The notes under the pieces: model-generated | What the model was told of the DNA's origin: nothing | Seen by the model: the letters and a program-made list of their open reading frames with translations, nothing else | Database searches by the model: none | Part shown: piece by piece, positions 1 to 9,830 of the stretch | Layout of the letters: every line of letters starts with the position of its first letter | Position numbering within the stretch: position 1 is the first letter of the stretch | NCBI GenBank assembly: GCA_963741305.1 | Contig: CAVUHL010000003.1 | Location: 4,403,973-4,467,972 of the forward strand | Source: an uncultured Holophagales bacterium | GTDB lineage: Bacteria; Acidobacteriota; Thermoanaerobaculia; Multivoradales; UBA5704 | Reading direction: 5' to 3' | DNA: 64,000 nt | Program-made: the position numbers and the translations under genes

Positions 1-198
1 CGCGCCGGCAGCCTGGAGACCTTCGGCGCCAGCCTGACGCCGCAGGAAATCGCCCAACTCGTCTGGGACGCCGCCCACGGCCAGAAGGTCCACTGGGTTC
101 CGGGCGCCCTACTCAAGACCCTGAACTACCTCGGCGGCGCGCTGCCGTTCGTCTCGCGGCCGACCATGAAGCTGGTGGACCGGCGCAAGGAGAGGTGA
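1..198 (+). CDS. 3' end of an upstream gene (partial; C-terminus ...LVDRRKER), function not assignable
   Basis: Open frame 1 runs from the window edge to TGA at 196-198. Coding-like composition. No recognisable motif. Confidence 0.3.
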   Translation, partial: RAGSLETFGASLTPQEIAQLVWDAAHGQKVHWVPGALLKTLNYLGGALPFVSRPTMKLVDRRKER

Positions 199-269
199 CT
201 GGCACTGCTCTTGCTCAAATGAATGACTCCACGGCAATTCTTCTTTGTCGTACACCAGGAGGCAACATC

Positions 270-935
270 ATGAGCAAAAAAATCATCCCCGCAATCGCCG
301 CCGCCGGCCTGCTCGCGCTGACCCCGGCTTTCGCCCAGAGCCAGGGCACCACTTCGGGCACAGGCACACAGGGAACGGGCACGGCAACGCAGGGAAGCCA
401 CGACACCCACACCCATCAGGGCGACCAGGGCACGACCGGACACGAGCACGGCGCCCACGGCAGCACGGTCGACACCAAGGGAACAGCTCACGCCAATCAG
501 GATGAGCACTTCGTCCACGAGGCCGCTGCCGGCGGCATGATGGAAGTCGAGCTCGGCCGTCTGGCGGCGGAGCGGGCGGCGAACGCCGACATCAAGGCCT
601 TCGGGCAGCGGATGGTCACGGACCACGGCAAGGCGAACCAGGAGTTGATGAAGATCGCGACCAGCAAGGGGATCACCCTCCCCAAGGCGCTCCCGGCCGA
701 CAAGCAGCAGGAGCGCGACAAGTTCGCCCGCCTCTCCGGCGCCGAGTTCGACCGTATGTACGCGCAGCACATGGTCAAGGACCACAAAAAGACCGTGGCG
801 GATTTCGAGAAGCAGGCTGAGAAGGGCGCCGATGAGGCCCTGCGCACTTTCGCCCAGAAGACCCTCCCCACCCTGCGCGAGCACCTGGCCCTCTCCCAGA
901 CCCTGGCCAGCAAGCAGGCCGCTCTGAAGAAGTAG
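270..935 (+). CDS. DUF4142-family secreted/periplasmic protein
   Basis: ATG at 270 preceded by AGGAGG (256-261). N-terminal signal peptide MSKKIIPAIAAAGLLALTPAFA. Thr/Gly/His-rich linker followed by a helical domain typical of DUF4142 proteins. Confidence 0.6.
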   Translation: MSKKIIPAIAAAGLLALTPAFAQSQGTTSGTGTQGTGTATQGSHDTHTHQGDQGTTGHEHGAHGSTVDTKGTAHANQDEHFVHEAAAGGMMEVELGRLAAERAANADIKAFGQRMVTDHGKANQELMKIATSKGITLPKALPADKQQERDKFARLSGAEFDRMYAQHMVKDHKKTVADFEKQAEKGADEALRTFAQKTLPTLREHLALSQTLASKQAALKK

Positions 936-949
936 TTAGAATCCGGGGG

Positions 950-2041
950 ATGCTCGACCGCGTCCCCCTTACTTATCAAACCCTGAAAGACGGCATCCAG
1001 GCTGGGCTCCACCTCGGAGCCCAGCTCTACGCCTCCCTGAACGGCGAGGTGGTCGCCGATGGCGCCGTAGGCGACCTCACCCCGGACCATCTGATGCTGT
1101 GGCTCTCCTCTACCAAGCCGGTGGCGGCGGTCGCGATCGCCCAGATCTGGGAGCGCGGCAGGCTGGAATTGGACGATCCGGTCGCCCGGCACATCCCCGA
1201 GTTCGCAGTCAACGGCAAGGAGCGGATCACCCTCCGCCACCTCCTCACCCATACCGCCGGCATCCGGATGCTCGACACGGGCTGGCCGCGCGAGCCGTGG
1301 GAAGCGATCATCGCCCGCATCTGCGCGATGAAGCCGGAGCCGCGCTGGGTACCTGGCGAGAAGGCCGGCTATCACCAGGCGTCGAGCTGGTTCATCCTGG
1401 GAGAGGTGATCCGCCGGCTGGATGGCCGGCCCTTCGACCGCTACGTCCGCGAAGAGGTCTTCGAGCCGCTGGGCATGGCCGACTCCTGGGTCGGCATGCC
1501 GCGCGGCCGGTACCTCTCTTACAAGGAAGCGGGCCGGATCGGCGCCATGTGGAACATGGAGACCTCGGAGCCGCACGGATGGGATGCAGAGGAACGCTGC
1601 ACGACCGTCCATCCCGGGGGGAACGGCTACGGTCCCATGCGCGAGCTCGGCCGCTTTTACGAGATGCTGCTCGAGCGTGGCGATCGTGGTGGGCAGATCA
1701 TCTCTCCGCAATCCGTGGAGGCCCTGACCGCCCGCCACCGGGTTGGGATGATGGACAGCACCTTCAAGCACAGGATGGATTGGGGACTCGGCTTCATCCC
1801 CAATTCAGCGATGTACGGCGTCGAGACCGTCCCCTACGCCTACGGCCACCACGCCTCGCGCCGGGCCGTTGGCCACAGCGGCTACCGCTCCTCGGTCGCC
1901 TTCGCCGATCCCGAGCACGGCCTCGCGGTCGCCCTGGCCTTCAATGGAATCCCCTCCAACGATGCGCACGAGCAGCGGATCCGCGCCGTTCTCGACGCTC
2001 TCTATGAGGATCTGGAGATCCGGGCCCCCGCCTCCGGATGA
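950..2041 (+). CDS. Serine hydrolase of the beta-lactamase/transpeptidase superfamily
   Basis: SxxK active-site motif (SSTKPV) near the N-terminus. Length and composition are typical of class-C-like esterases/beta-lactamases. Confidence 0.7.
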   Translation: MLDRVPLTYQTLKDGIQAGLHLGAQLYASLNGEVVADGAVGDLTPDHLMLWLSSTKPVAAVAIAQIWERGRLELDDPVARHIPEFAVNGKERITLRHLLTHTAGIRMLDTGWPREPWEAIIARICAMKPEPRWVPGEKAGYHQASSWFILGEVIRRLDGRPFDRYVREEVFEPLGMADSWVGMPRGRYLSYKEAGRIGAMWNMETSEPHGWDAEERCTTVHPGGNGYGPMRELGRFYEMLLERGDRGGQIISPQSVEALTARHRVGMMDSTFKHRMDWGLGFIPNSAMYGVETVPYAYGHHASRRAVGHSGYRSSVAFADPEHGLAVALAFNGIPSNDAHEQRIRAVLDALYEDLEIRAPASG

Positions 2042-2067
2042 GGACGACGGGCCCGTTCAGGATTGGC

Positions 2068-2442
2068 TTAGTTCAGGGACTGAAGGAAGCTGGCGAGGTC
2101 GTTCGGCTGGGAGCTGGCGCCGCCGCCGCTGCACGCGTCCGCGGACTTCAGGGAAACGCCGGCCTGCCGCCGGGTGCAATCGTTGCCGTAGGTCTTGTTG
2201 TCACAGCCGCACACCGGGTCGTACTGCTGGGTGCAGCCTTCCGGCTTGACCACGCAGCTGCCCTGCGCGCCGGAGTTCTTCTTCGGACAGGTGCCGGCCG
2301 CAAACTCGCAGAACTCGTTCGCCGCGCAGTCGCTGTCCTTCAGGCACATCGTCTGCGCATCGGCAGGCGCCGGCTGGGCGAGGCCGATGGACAGGACCAG
2401 GACGAGTCCCAGGAAGAGGTGGGTGTAGGTTCTCTGATGCAT
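2068..2442 (-). CDS. Secreted cysteine-rich protein with a Kazal-type inhibitor domain
   Basis: Signal peptide MHQRTYTHLFLGLVLVLSIGLAQPAPADA. The motif C-x-QQYDPVCGCDNKTYGNDC matches the Kazal signature (Y-x-PVCG-x-D-x-KTY-x-N-x-C). Confidence 0.6.
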   Translation of the reverse strand: MHQRTYTHLFLGLVLVLSIGLAQPAPADAQTMCLKDSDCAANEFCEFAAGTCPKKNSGAQGSCVVKPEGCTQQYDPVCGCDNKTYGNDCTRRQAGVSLKSADACSGGGASSQPNDLASFLQSLN

Positions 2443-2533
2443 GACTGACCTCCTTGGGTCCATTTCAGGTTCGGCTGCACGCAGCAGCCACTTATAGCCG
2501 CGGCCCTATGGCTGCAATGCCCGTGCCCCCTCC

Positions 2534-3142
2534 TCACACGAGGAAGAAGTGCAGGCCCTGCCAGATCCACCAGATCCCGACCAAACGGAAGACCCAGAGC
2601 AGGTTACGGACGCCGAGGAGGAAGAAGTTGTGAACCGGGAAGGGGACGGCCACGGGGGACCGGCCCTGGACAAAAAGGTACCCGAAGGCTGCCAGATTGA
2701 CCGTGATCCCGACGACCAGCTTGAAGAAGGCAGTGACTTCCTCAACCGGCGGCTCCACGCCGAAGGCGGCGGCGGCAAGGGCCGCCAGGAGGAGCAGGAG
2801 GGGAATGAAGATCCCGGCGCGCAAGACCCAGCGCCAGGAATCGAGGAAGGCGAAAAACTTCGCCGCGGGCTGGCGGTGGCCCGGGCAGCACCGGGCTTGG
2901 ATGGAATGCAAATCCAGTGTCTCGGCTCCCTCGGCAGGTGGGACCCGGTTGCACCACACGCACTTCACCGGCAGCACCCGCTCCATGTAAAGCTGGGCGA
3001 GGAGCCGGTGGCCCACCATCAGGACCACGCCCGCGATCAGGCTCGCCCCGATCGGCTCGGGGTGCCGCACGAAGAGGAACAGCACCACGGGGATGAAGAG
3101 GAAGAGCAGCACGCCCGTCGCTTGGACCTTGAGGGGTTGCAC
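2534..3142 (-). CDS. Hypothetical polytopic membrane protein with CxxC/CC motifs
   Basis: Several hydrophobic helices. Motifs CVWC and CCPGH. No family recognised. Confidence 0.4.
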   Translation of the reverse strand: MQPLKVQATGVLLFLFIPVVLFLFVRHPEPIGASLIAGVVLMVGHRLLAQLYMERVLPVKCVWCNRVPPAEGAETLDLHSIQARCCPGHRQPAAKFFAFLDSWRWVLRAGIFIPLLLLLAALAAAAFGVEPPVEEVTAFFKLVVGITVNLAAFGYLFVQGRSPVAVPFPVHNFFLLGVRNLLWVFRLVGIWWIWQGLHFFLV

Positions 3143-3162
3143 GGTGGCGGATTATGGCACGG

Positions 3163-3478
3163 GGATGTACCTGAGTGACTCGGGTGTACATTCCAGCGGC
3201 CCGCGTGTACATCCGAGTGACTCGGGGACGTACCCGAGAGGCTCGGATGTACATCCCAGCGCCTCGCGTGTACAGCCGAGTGACTCAGGGACGCACCCGA
3301 GAGGCTCGGGTATACATTTCAGCGGCTCGGATGTATACCCGAGTGACTCCGATGTACATTCCAGCGGCTCGGGTGTACATCCGAGTGACTCGGGGACGCA
3401 CCTGGGAGGCCCGGATATATATCTCGCGGCTCGGATGTACATCCAAGTGACTCCGGGATCTACCCGAGCGACTCGGGG
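3163..3478. repeat. Tandem array of 15 copies of a 21-bp unit (consensus ~ rTGTACAyCCGAGTGACTCGG), each carrying a 5-bp-stem hairpin
   Basis: Direct reading shows period exactly 21 bp. Units alternate CCGAG-TGA-CTCGG, CCGAG-AGG-CTCGG and CCAGCGGCTCGG hairpins separated by palindromic TGTACA/GTAC. Confidence 0.85.
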
Positions 3479-3537
3479 AAATGACATTCCTGACCCGTTT
3501 TACGTCTCTACAGAGGGTGTTTACAGAAAGGCACCCT

Positions 3538-4476
3538 ATGCGCCCATATGATCAGAGTTACCGTCTTCTCTTCTCCCAACCCCGCATGGTCGAGGATCTC
3601 GTCCGCGGCTTTGCCGGCGAGCCCTGGATTGAGCAACTCGACTTCTCGACGCTGGAGAGGGTCAACGCCTCCTATGTATCGGACACACTGAAGGAACGCG
3701 AGGGCGATGTCGTCTGGCGGCTCCGGCACCGGGACGGGAGCCCGATCTACGTCTACTTCTTGATCGAGTTCCAGTCCGAGGTCCAGAGGTTCATGGCGGT
3801 GCGCCTCCTGGCCTATGTGGCGCTCCTCTACCAGGACCTTCTGGCCCGCAAGGAGCTCACTTCCTCGGGCGAGCTCCCCCTGGTCCTGCCCATCGTCCTC
3901 TACAATGGAGAGGATCGGTGGTGGGCGCCGCTGGAGCTGTCGGAGCTGATCCAGGCTGTGCCCGAAGAGGCGCAGCCTTACGTGCCCCGGTTGCGTTACA
4001 GGCTAATCGACGAGGGGAGCTACTCCCCAGAGGAGTTGGAAGGCCGCAAGAACCTAGCTGCCGCGCTGTTCGGTCTGGAGAAGAGCCACCGGAGGGATGA
4101 CCTCGAGCGATGGTCCGGACGCCTGACCGGCTGGCTGCGAAGACCTGAAGATGCCGGATTGCGTCGCGCCTTCGTCGTCTGGTTCGAAGCCGTTTTCCTG
4201 AACAGCCGCAGTCGGGAGGAGATCCCGGAGGCCCTTGGCCTGGAGGAATTTGAAACCATGCTGGCAAAACGAGTCGTCGAATGGGGTCGGGAGCTACGCG
4301 AGGAGGGGCGGCAGGAAGGGGAAGCCCACCTGCTGCTCCGGCAGCTCGAGACGAGGTTCGGACCTCTCGAAGAGAGGACGCGGACCCGCGTTCTGTCCGC
4401 AGGAGCGGAGCGGCTGCTGGAATGGGGTGAACGCTTCGTATTTGCTGAGCGTCTGACCGACGTCTTCGGAGATTGA
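3538..4476 (+). CDS. Rpn-family (YhgA-like) recombination-promoting nuclease / putative transposase with C-terminal DUF4351-like region
   Basis: The N-terminal motif (M-x-YD...YRLLFSQPRMVEDLV) resembles the Rpn/YhgA N-terminus. C-terminus matches DUF4351 (EGRQEGEAHLLLRQLETRFGPL...RLLEWGERF). Confidence 0.65.
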   Translation: MRPYDQSYRLLFSQPRMVEDLVRGFAGEPWIEQLDFSTLERVNASYVSDTLKEREGDVVWRLRHRDGSPIYVYFLIEFQSEVQRFMAVRLLAYVALLYQDLLARKELTSSGELPLVLPIVLYNGEDRWWAPLELSELIQAVPEEAQPYVPRLRYRLIDEGSYSPEELEGRKNLAAALFGLEKSHRRDDLERWSGRLTGWLRRPEDAGLRRAFVVWFEAVFLNSRSREEIPEALGLEEFETMLAKRVVEWGRELREEGRQEGEAHLLLRQLETRFGPLEERTRTRVLSAGAERLLEWGERFVFAERLTDVFGD

Positions 4477-4749
4477 GCCAAGGAACCCACAATCAGGAAC
4501 TCTCCCTGGCTCGCGGCTTGCATTTCGATAACCGCGAACGATGGCTGTTTCGCACTTGGCGGTGTCCATACGCGGGGAGACGGGAGGAGCACCGGCGGCG
4601 CCGGGCTTTGAGAGGGTCTCCGCCGAGTTCCCTTCCGTTGGGTTCGAGCTGGGAGAGATTGAAAACCTTCCATCCCTCTCGCTCACAGCCGAGGAGTGGG
4701 AGTCTCCTTGTTTCCCCTTCTATGAGTTCGACACCCGCGTGGAGGACAT

Positions 4750-5392
4750 GCCGCGCCTCGATCTTGCCGCGGAGCCCGGACGCCTGCCGGGGATGACCCT
4801 GGAGGTGCTCACCCGCTGCCAGCGGCTGATCGGCCGGCGCAACGCCGCTTCCTCCAACCCGATCTTCGATCTCGTCCTGGACCGGCACCGGTCGCTCCAC
4901 GATCTGGACAAGCCGCTGGTCCGCGCCGATTGGGCCCACGCCCTGGATGTCTGGCAGTGGACGGTCCGCCTCGATCCCGAAGCGGGCTTGGCGGTCCAAC
5001 TCGCGGCGCTCTTCCACGACATCGAGCGGCTGGCCTCCGAGGCCGATACCCGCGTCGAGCACCGGGCCGGCGACTACCAGGCGTTCAAGGACGAGCACGC
5101 CCGGCGCGGGGCCGAGATGGCGGACGGCGTCCTGGAGCAGGCCGGGGTCGACGCGCAGACACGGATGCAGGCGGCCCGGCTGATCGCGGGGCATGAGCGT
5201 ATGCCGGACGTGCTCAACGACGCGGACGCCCTCTCCTTCTTTTCGCTGAACAGCCCCGGGTACGTGGACTACTTCGGACCCGAAGCCGCGCGGCGCAAGA
5301 TCGCCTGGACCCTGGCCCGCCTCCGCCCCGATGCACGGCGACGGCTGGAGGGGGTCCGCCTGCGGCCGGACGTGGCGGAGATGCTCCCATGA
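4750..5392 (+). CDS. DUF4202-family (HD-like) protein
   Basis: HD-like motif LAALFHDIER. Start uncertain; the ORF is open from 4541 and candidate starts lie at 4750 and 4793. Stop overlaps the next gene's start (ATGA at 5389-5392). Confidence 0.5.
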
Positions 5393-6273
5393 TCGAAGCC
5401 GTCAAGATCTGGAACGAGCCGAACAACATGTCCCACTGGGACTTCGAGGTGGACGAGGGATGGACCATTTTCGCCCGCATGGCCACGCTCGCGGGCGATG
5501 CCATCGCCTCCGAGCGGCCTGGCCTCCCCCGCGTCCTGGGCGGGATCTCGCCCATCGACCCCAAGTTCGTCCAGAACATGAAGGACCAGGGGGTGCTCGA
5601 CCACGTGGATGCCATCGCCATCCACGGCTTCCCCCTCGACTGGAACCATTGGCAGATCCACGAGTGGCCCGATCGGCTGGCCGAAGTCCATGCCCTCACC
5701 GACCTGCCCGTCTGGGTGACGGAGGTAGGAGTTTCGACCTTTGGGGCCGAGGAGGTCCAGGAGTTCGGGCTGAAGCGGACCGCCGAGCTCCTCCTGGGCA
5801 AGGCGCCCCGCGTCCACTGGTACAGCCTGTACGACCTGCCCAAGGCCTGGCCGGCGACGACCCGGCACCGCGAAGCCGAGGGCTCGTCCTACTACCGCCA
5901 CTTCTACATGGGATTGATCAAGGAGGACGGCACCCCCAAGCTCGCCCTGAAGCACTTCGCGGATTACACGCCCGGGCTCGGCATCTGCCAGTGGTTCCAC
6001 TTCGAGGACCATCGCCTCGATGACGCGGTGCGCTGGATGAAGAGGCTGGGGATCCGCCATGTCCGCACAGGGCTCTCGTGGGCCGACAGCTTCCGTCCGG
6101 ACGCCGATGCCTGGTTCGACCGGCAGATGAAGGCGCTGGAGGGCTTCGACCTGACCCTGACCTACTGCTTCACGCCCGAGCACTGCGGGGTGCGACCCCA
6201 CCATACGAGCCCACCCAAGTGCGTGGAGGAATTCGCCGACTTCTGCGCCCGGATGACCCGCCGCTACGCTTGA
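5389..6273 (+). CDS. Clan GH-A-like glycoside hydrolase (TIM barrel), possibly circularly permuted
   Basis: Acid/base-type motif KIWNEPN at residues 6-12 and nucleophile-type motif VWVTEVG ~100 aa later. The C-terminal ~100 aa (GIRHVRTGLSWAD...) resemble the beta1-beta3 strands usually found at the N-terminus of such barrels. Confidence 0.5.
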   Translation: MIEAVKIWNEPNNMSHWDFEVDEGWTIFARMATLAGDAIASERPGLPRVLGGISPIDPKFVQNMKDQGVLDHVDAIAIHGFPLDWNHWQIHEWPDRLAEVHALTDLPVWVTEVGVSTFGAEEVQEFGLKRTAELLLGKAPRVHWYSLYDLPKAWPATTRHREAEGSSYYRHFYMGLIKEDGTPKLALKHFADYTPGLGICQWFHFEDHRLDDAVRWMKRLGIRHVRTGLSWADSFRPDADAWFDRQMKALEGFDLTLTYCFTPEHCGVRPHHTSPPKCVEEFADFCARMTRRYA

Positions 6274-8102
6274 GACATCTCACCCAGCAGCCGAATGAGG
6301 GCCGCGGGATCGACCGGCTTCGTGAGGTGGAGGTCGAAACCGGCCTCCCGGGCGCGGCGCTGGTCCTCCTCCTGGGCATAGCCGGTCAGGGCGATCAGGC
6401 AGATCTCCGGCAGCTCCGCCCTCAGGCCGCGGGCCACGTCGTACCCGTTCATCCCGCCGGGCAGTCCGATGTCGCAGAGCACCACCTGGGGCGGCAGCCT
6501 GCGGGATGCGTCCAGGCCGTCCTTGCCCGTGTAGGCCACCTCCGCCTGATGGCCGGAGAGCTCCAGCAGGATCTGCAGGCTGTCGGCCGCGTCCTGGTTG
6601 TCCTCGATGATCAGGACCCGCAAGGTTTTTGCCTCCGGAGTTGCGGCAGCTTCCCCGGGAACCGGGGTGGGCTCGCGGGCCTGGAGCGGGAGACGGAGCG
6701 TCAGCACCGATCCATTTCCCCCGCCGCCACTATGGGCCTCCACGCTCCCGCCGTGCATTTCGACGAGCCCCTTGACCAGGGCGAGCCCCAGGCCGAGCCC
6801 GCCGCGGCTGCGGTCCAGGGTCTGGTCCGCCTGGCTGAAGGGCTGGAAGAGACGGGCCAGGATCTCGGGCTCCATTCCTACTCCCGTGTCCTCGACGATG
6901 AGCTCGGCCGCGCCTCCGCGTTCTGTGAGCCGCACGGTCACCCGGCCCTCCGGGTTGGTGAATTTGATCGCGTTCTGGAGCAGGTTGCCCAGTGCCTGGG
7001 AAAGACGGGTGGGGTCGCCATCCATCCACAGGGGCAGGTCCGGCACTTCGAGGAGCAGGGCCAGGCCGGCGCCTTCGAGCAGGGCGCGGTGGTCTTCGAC
7101 CGTGGAGCGGACCAGCGCGGCAAGGTCGACCGGCTCTCGGCGGATCAGGATCTTGCCCTGGGAGATGCGCGACACGTCCAGGAGGTCGTCGATGAGCCGG
7201 GCCATGTGCGCCACCTGGCGGTCGATCATGCTCCGGGCCTTCTCGAGCCGGTCGGGACCGAGCCCGGCCATCCGCAGCACCTGGGCGGCATTGCGGATCG
7301 GGGCCAGCGGGTTGCGCAGCTCGTGCGCAAGCATCGCCAGGAAATTGTCCTTGCGGTGGTTCGCCTCCTGAAGCTCCCTCTCTGCTTGCCGGGCCGGGGT
7401 GACGTCGCTCAACGCGCCGATCCACTCGCGCACCCTGCCGTCTGCCTCGAGCACCGGCACTCCCGTCGCCCGGATGAAGCGGAAGCCGCCTGCCAGGCTC
7501 TTGATCCGGTACTCGGACTCGTAGAGGGCCCCTGTCGTCATCGAATTGGTCCAGCTCGCTTGCGCCTGCTCGCGGTCGTCCGGATGGACCAGGTCCAGCC
7601 AGCCCACGCCCGCCTGCTCCGCAGGGTCCTGTCCCGTGATCTCCTGCCACCAGCGCTGGGTCTCGTCGAAATTACCGGCCCCGGTCTCGGGGTCCCATGA
7701 CCAGACCGCCTGGTTGCTCGCCTTGGACAGGGCGCGGTACCGCTCCTCGCTGCGCCGCAGCGCCTCCTCGGCCCGCTTGCGCTTGCTGATGTCGCGGGCG
7801 TAGACGGCGATGCCCTCGGTCCAGGGGTGGACGATCACCTCGTACCAGTTCCCCGAGTAGGCCCCCTGGTCTTCGATGTGGACCGGCACCCGCTCCGTCA
7901 TGGCCCGCCGGTAGGCGGCTCCGGTGGGCGAGCCGTCCAGGACCGGGAAGCGCTCCCAGATGTCATGGCCGACCACCTCCCCGGCCGCGGCACCGATGGG
8001 TGCCAGCGCCACGGAGTTGGCATAGGTGATCCGCCACTGCCGGTCGATGATCAGGAACGCGTCGGAGAGGCTGTCAAGAAGGGCGAATACTTCCGTGCTC
8101 AC
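6264..8102 (-). CDS. Hybrid sensor histidine kinase / response regulator (PAS-PAS-HisKA-HATPase_c-REC)
   Basis: Two PAS-like segments. H-box AHELRNPL. G1/G2 ATP-lid motifs (DTGVGM, GGLGLGL). C-terminal receiver with conserved Asp (VLCDIGLPG) and Lys (LTKP). Confidence 0.85.
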   Translation of the reverse strand: MSTEVFALLDSLSDAFLIIDRQWRITYANSVALAPIGAAAGEVVGHDIWERFPVLDGSPTGAAYRRAMTERVPVHIEDQGAYSGNWYEVIVHPWTEGIAVYARDISKRKRAEEALRRSEERYRALSKASNQAVWSWDPETGAGNFDETQRWWQEITGQDPAEQAGVGWLDLVHPDDREQAQASWTNSMTTGALYESEYRIKSLAGGFRFIRATGVPVLEADGRVREWIGALSDVTPARQAERELQEANHRKDNFLAMLAHELRNPLAPIRNAAQVLRMAGLGPDRLEKARSMIDRQVAHMARLIDDLLDVSRISQGKILIRREPVDLAALVRSTVEDHRALLEGAGLALLLEVPDLPLWMDGDPTRLSQALGNLLQNAIKFTNPEGRVTVRLTERGGAAELIVEDTGVGMEPEILARLFQPFSQADQTLDRSRGGLGLGLALVKGLVEMHGGSVEAHSGGGGNGSVLTLRLPLQAREPTPVPGEAAATPEAKTLRVLIIEDNQDAADSLQILLELSGHQAEVAYTGKDGLDASRRLPPQVVLCDIGLPGGMNGYDVARGLRAELPEICLIALTGYAQEEDQRRAREAGFDLHLTKPVDPAALIRLLGEMSQA

Positions 8103-8111
8103 GGAGGGATT

Positions 8112-9425
<1,314 letters not shown>

Positions 9426-9476
9426 GGCCTGGAAAGCTGCAACTCACGTGCCATCAATGAGGTACACTGAGCCTCG

Positions 9477-9821
9477 ATGGACGACGAGCGGCCAATCGTC
9501 TGCGTGGACCTGAACGGGGTGCTTGACGCCTACACGGGGTGGAAGAGCCCGGAGCATTGGGACCTGCCCGTGCCCGGGGCCGGGGAGTTCCTTCGTTCCC
9601 TGAACGAGCGCGGGTTCCGGGTCGTGGTCTTCACCACCCGCTGGCAGGACGGCGCCCGCTCCTGGCTGGAGGAGCACGGGCTGCTGCAGTGGGTCTCCGA
9701 GGTCACCGACCGGAAGCCGGCCGCCCACGTTTTCGTGGACGACCGGGCTGTCTGCTTCCGGGGAGATTTCGCGGAGACGCTACGGCAGGTGATCGGATTC
9801 CGGGCTCACTGGGAGGAGTGA
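9477..9821 (+). CDS. Small HAD-like hydrolase-fold protein
   Basis: Motif VCVDLNGVLD matches HAD motif I (DxDG/N-T/V). 114 aa. Function unclear. Confidence 0.45.
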   Translation: MDDERPIVCVDLNGVLDAYTGWKSPEHWDLPVPGAGEFLRSLNERGFRVVVFTTRWQDGARSWLEEHGLLQWVSEVTDRKPAAHVFVDDRAVCFRGDFAETLRQVIGFRAHWEE

Positions 9822-9830
9822 GGGCGCTCC

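Noticed and set aside
497-1771. 424-aa ORF on the minus strand overlapping the DUF4142 and serine-hydrolase genes
   Set aside because: Antisense shadow ORF typical of high-GC DNA. Ala/Arg/Gly/Pro-rich low-complexity translation. The plus-strand genes have clear domain matches.
3163-3478. Possible CRISPR array (also considered for 18830-19098, 33040-33455 and 62581-63318)
   Set aside because: Units are 21 bp and directly abutting, with no unique spacers, so they are simple tandem repeats. No cas genes in the window.
3093-3551. ORFs 3093..3551(+), 3152..3487(-) and 3175..3450(+) inside the hairpin array
   Set aside because: Their peptides are pure repeats (SDSGTYPRGSDVH...), produced by translating the 21-bp array in every frame. 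No start or RBS context.
6078-7700. 540-aa plus-strand ORF overlapping the hybrid histidine kinase
   Set aside because: Opposite-strand shadow of a gene with unambiguous HisKA/HATPase/REC motifs. Composition is Arg/Pro/Gly-biased.
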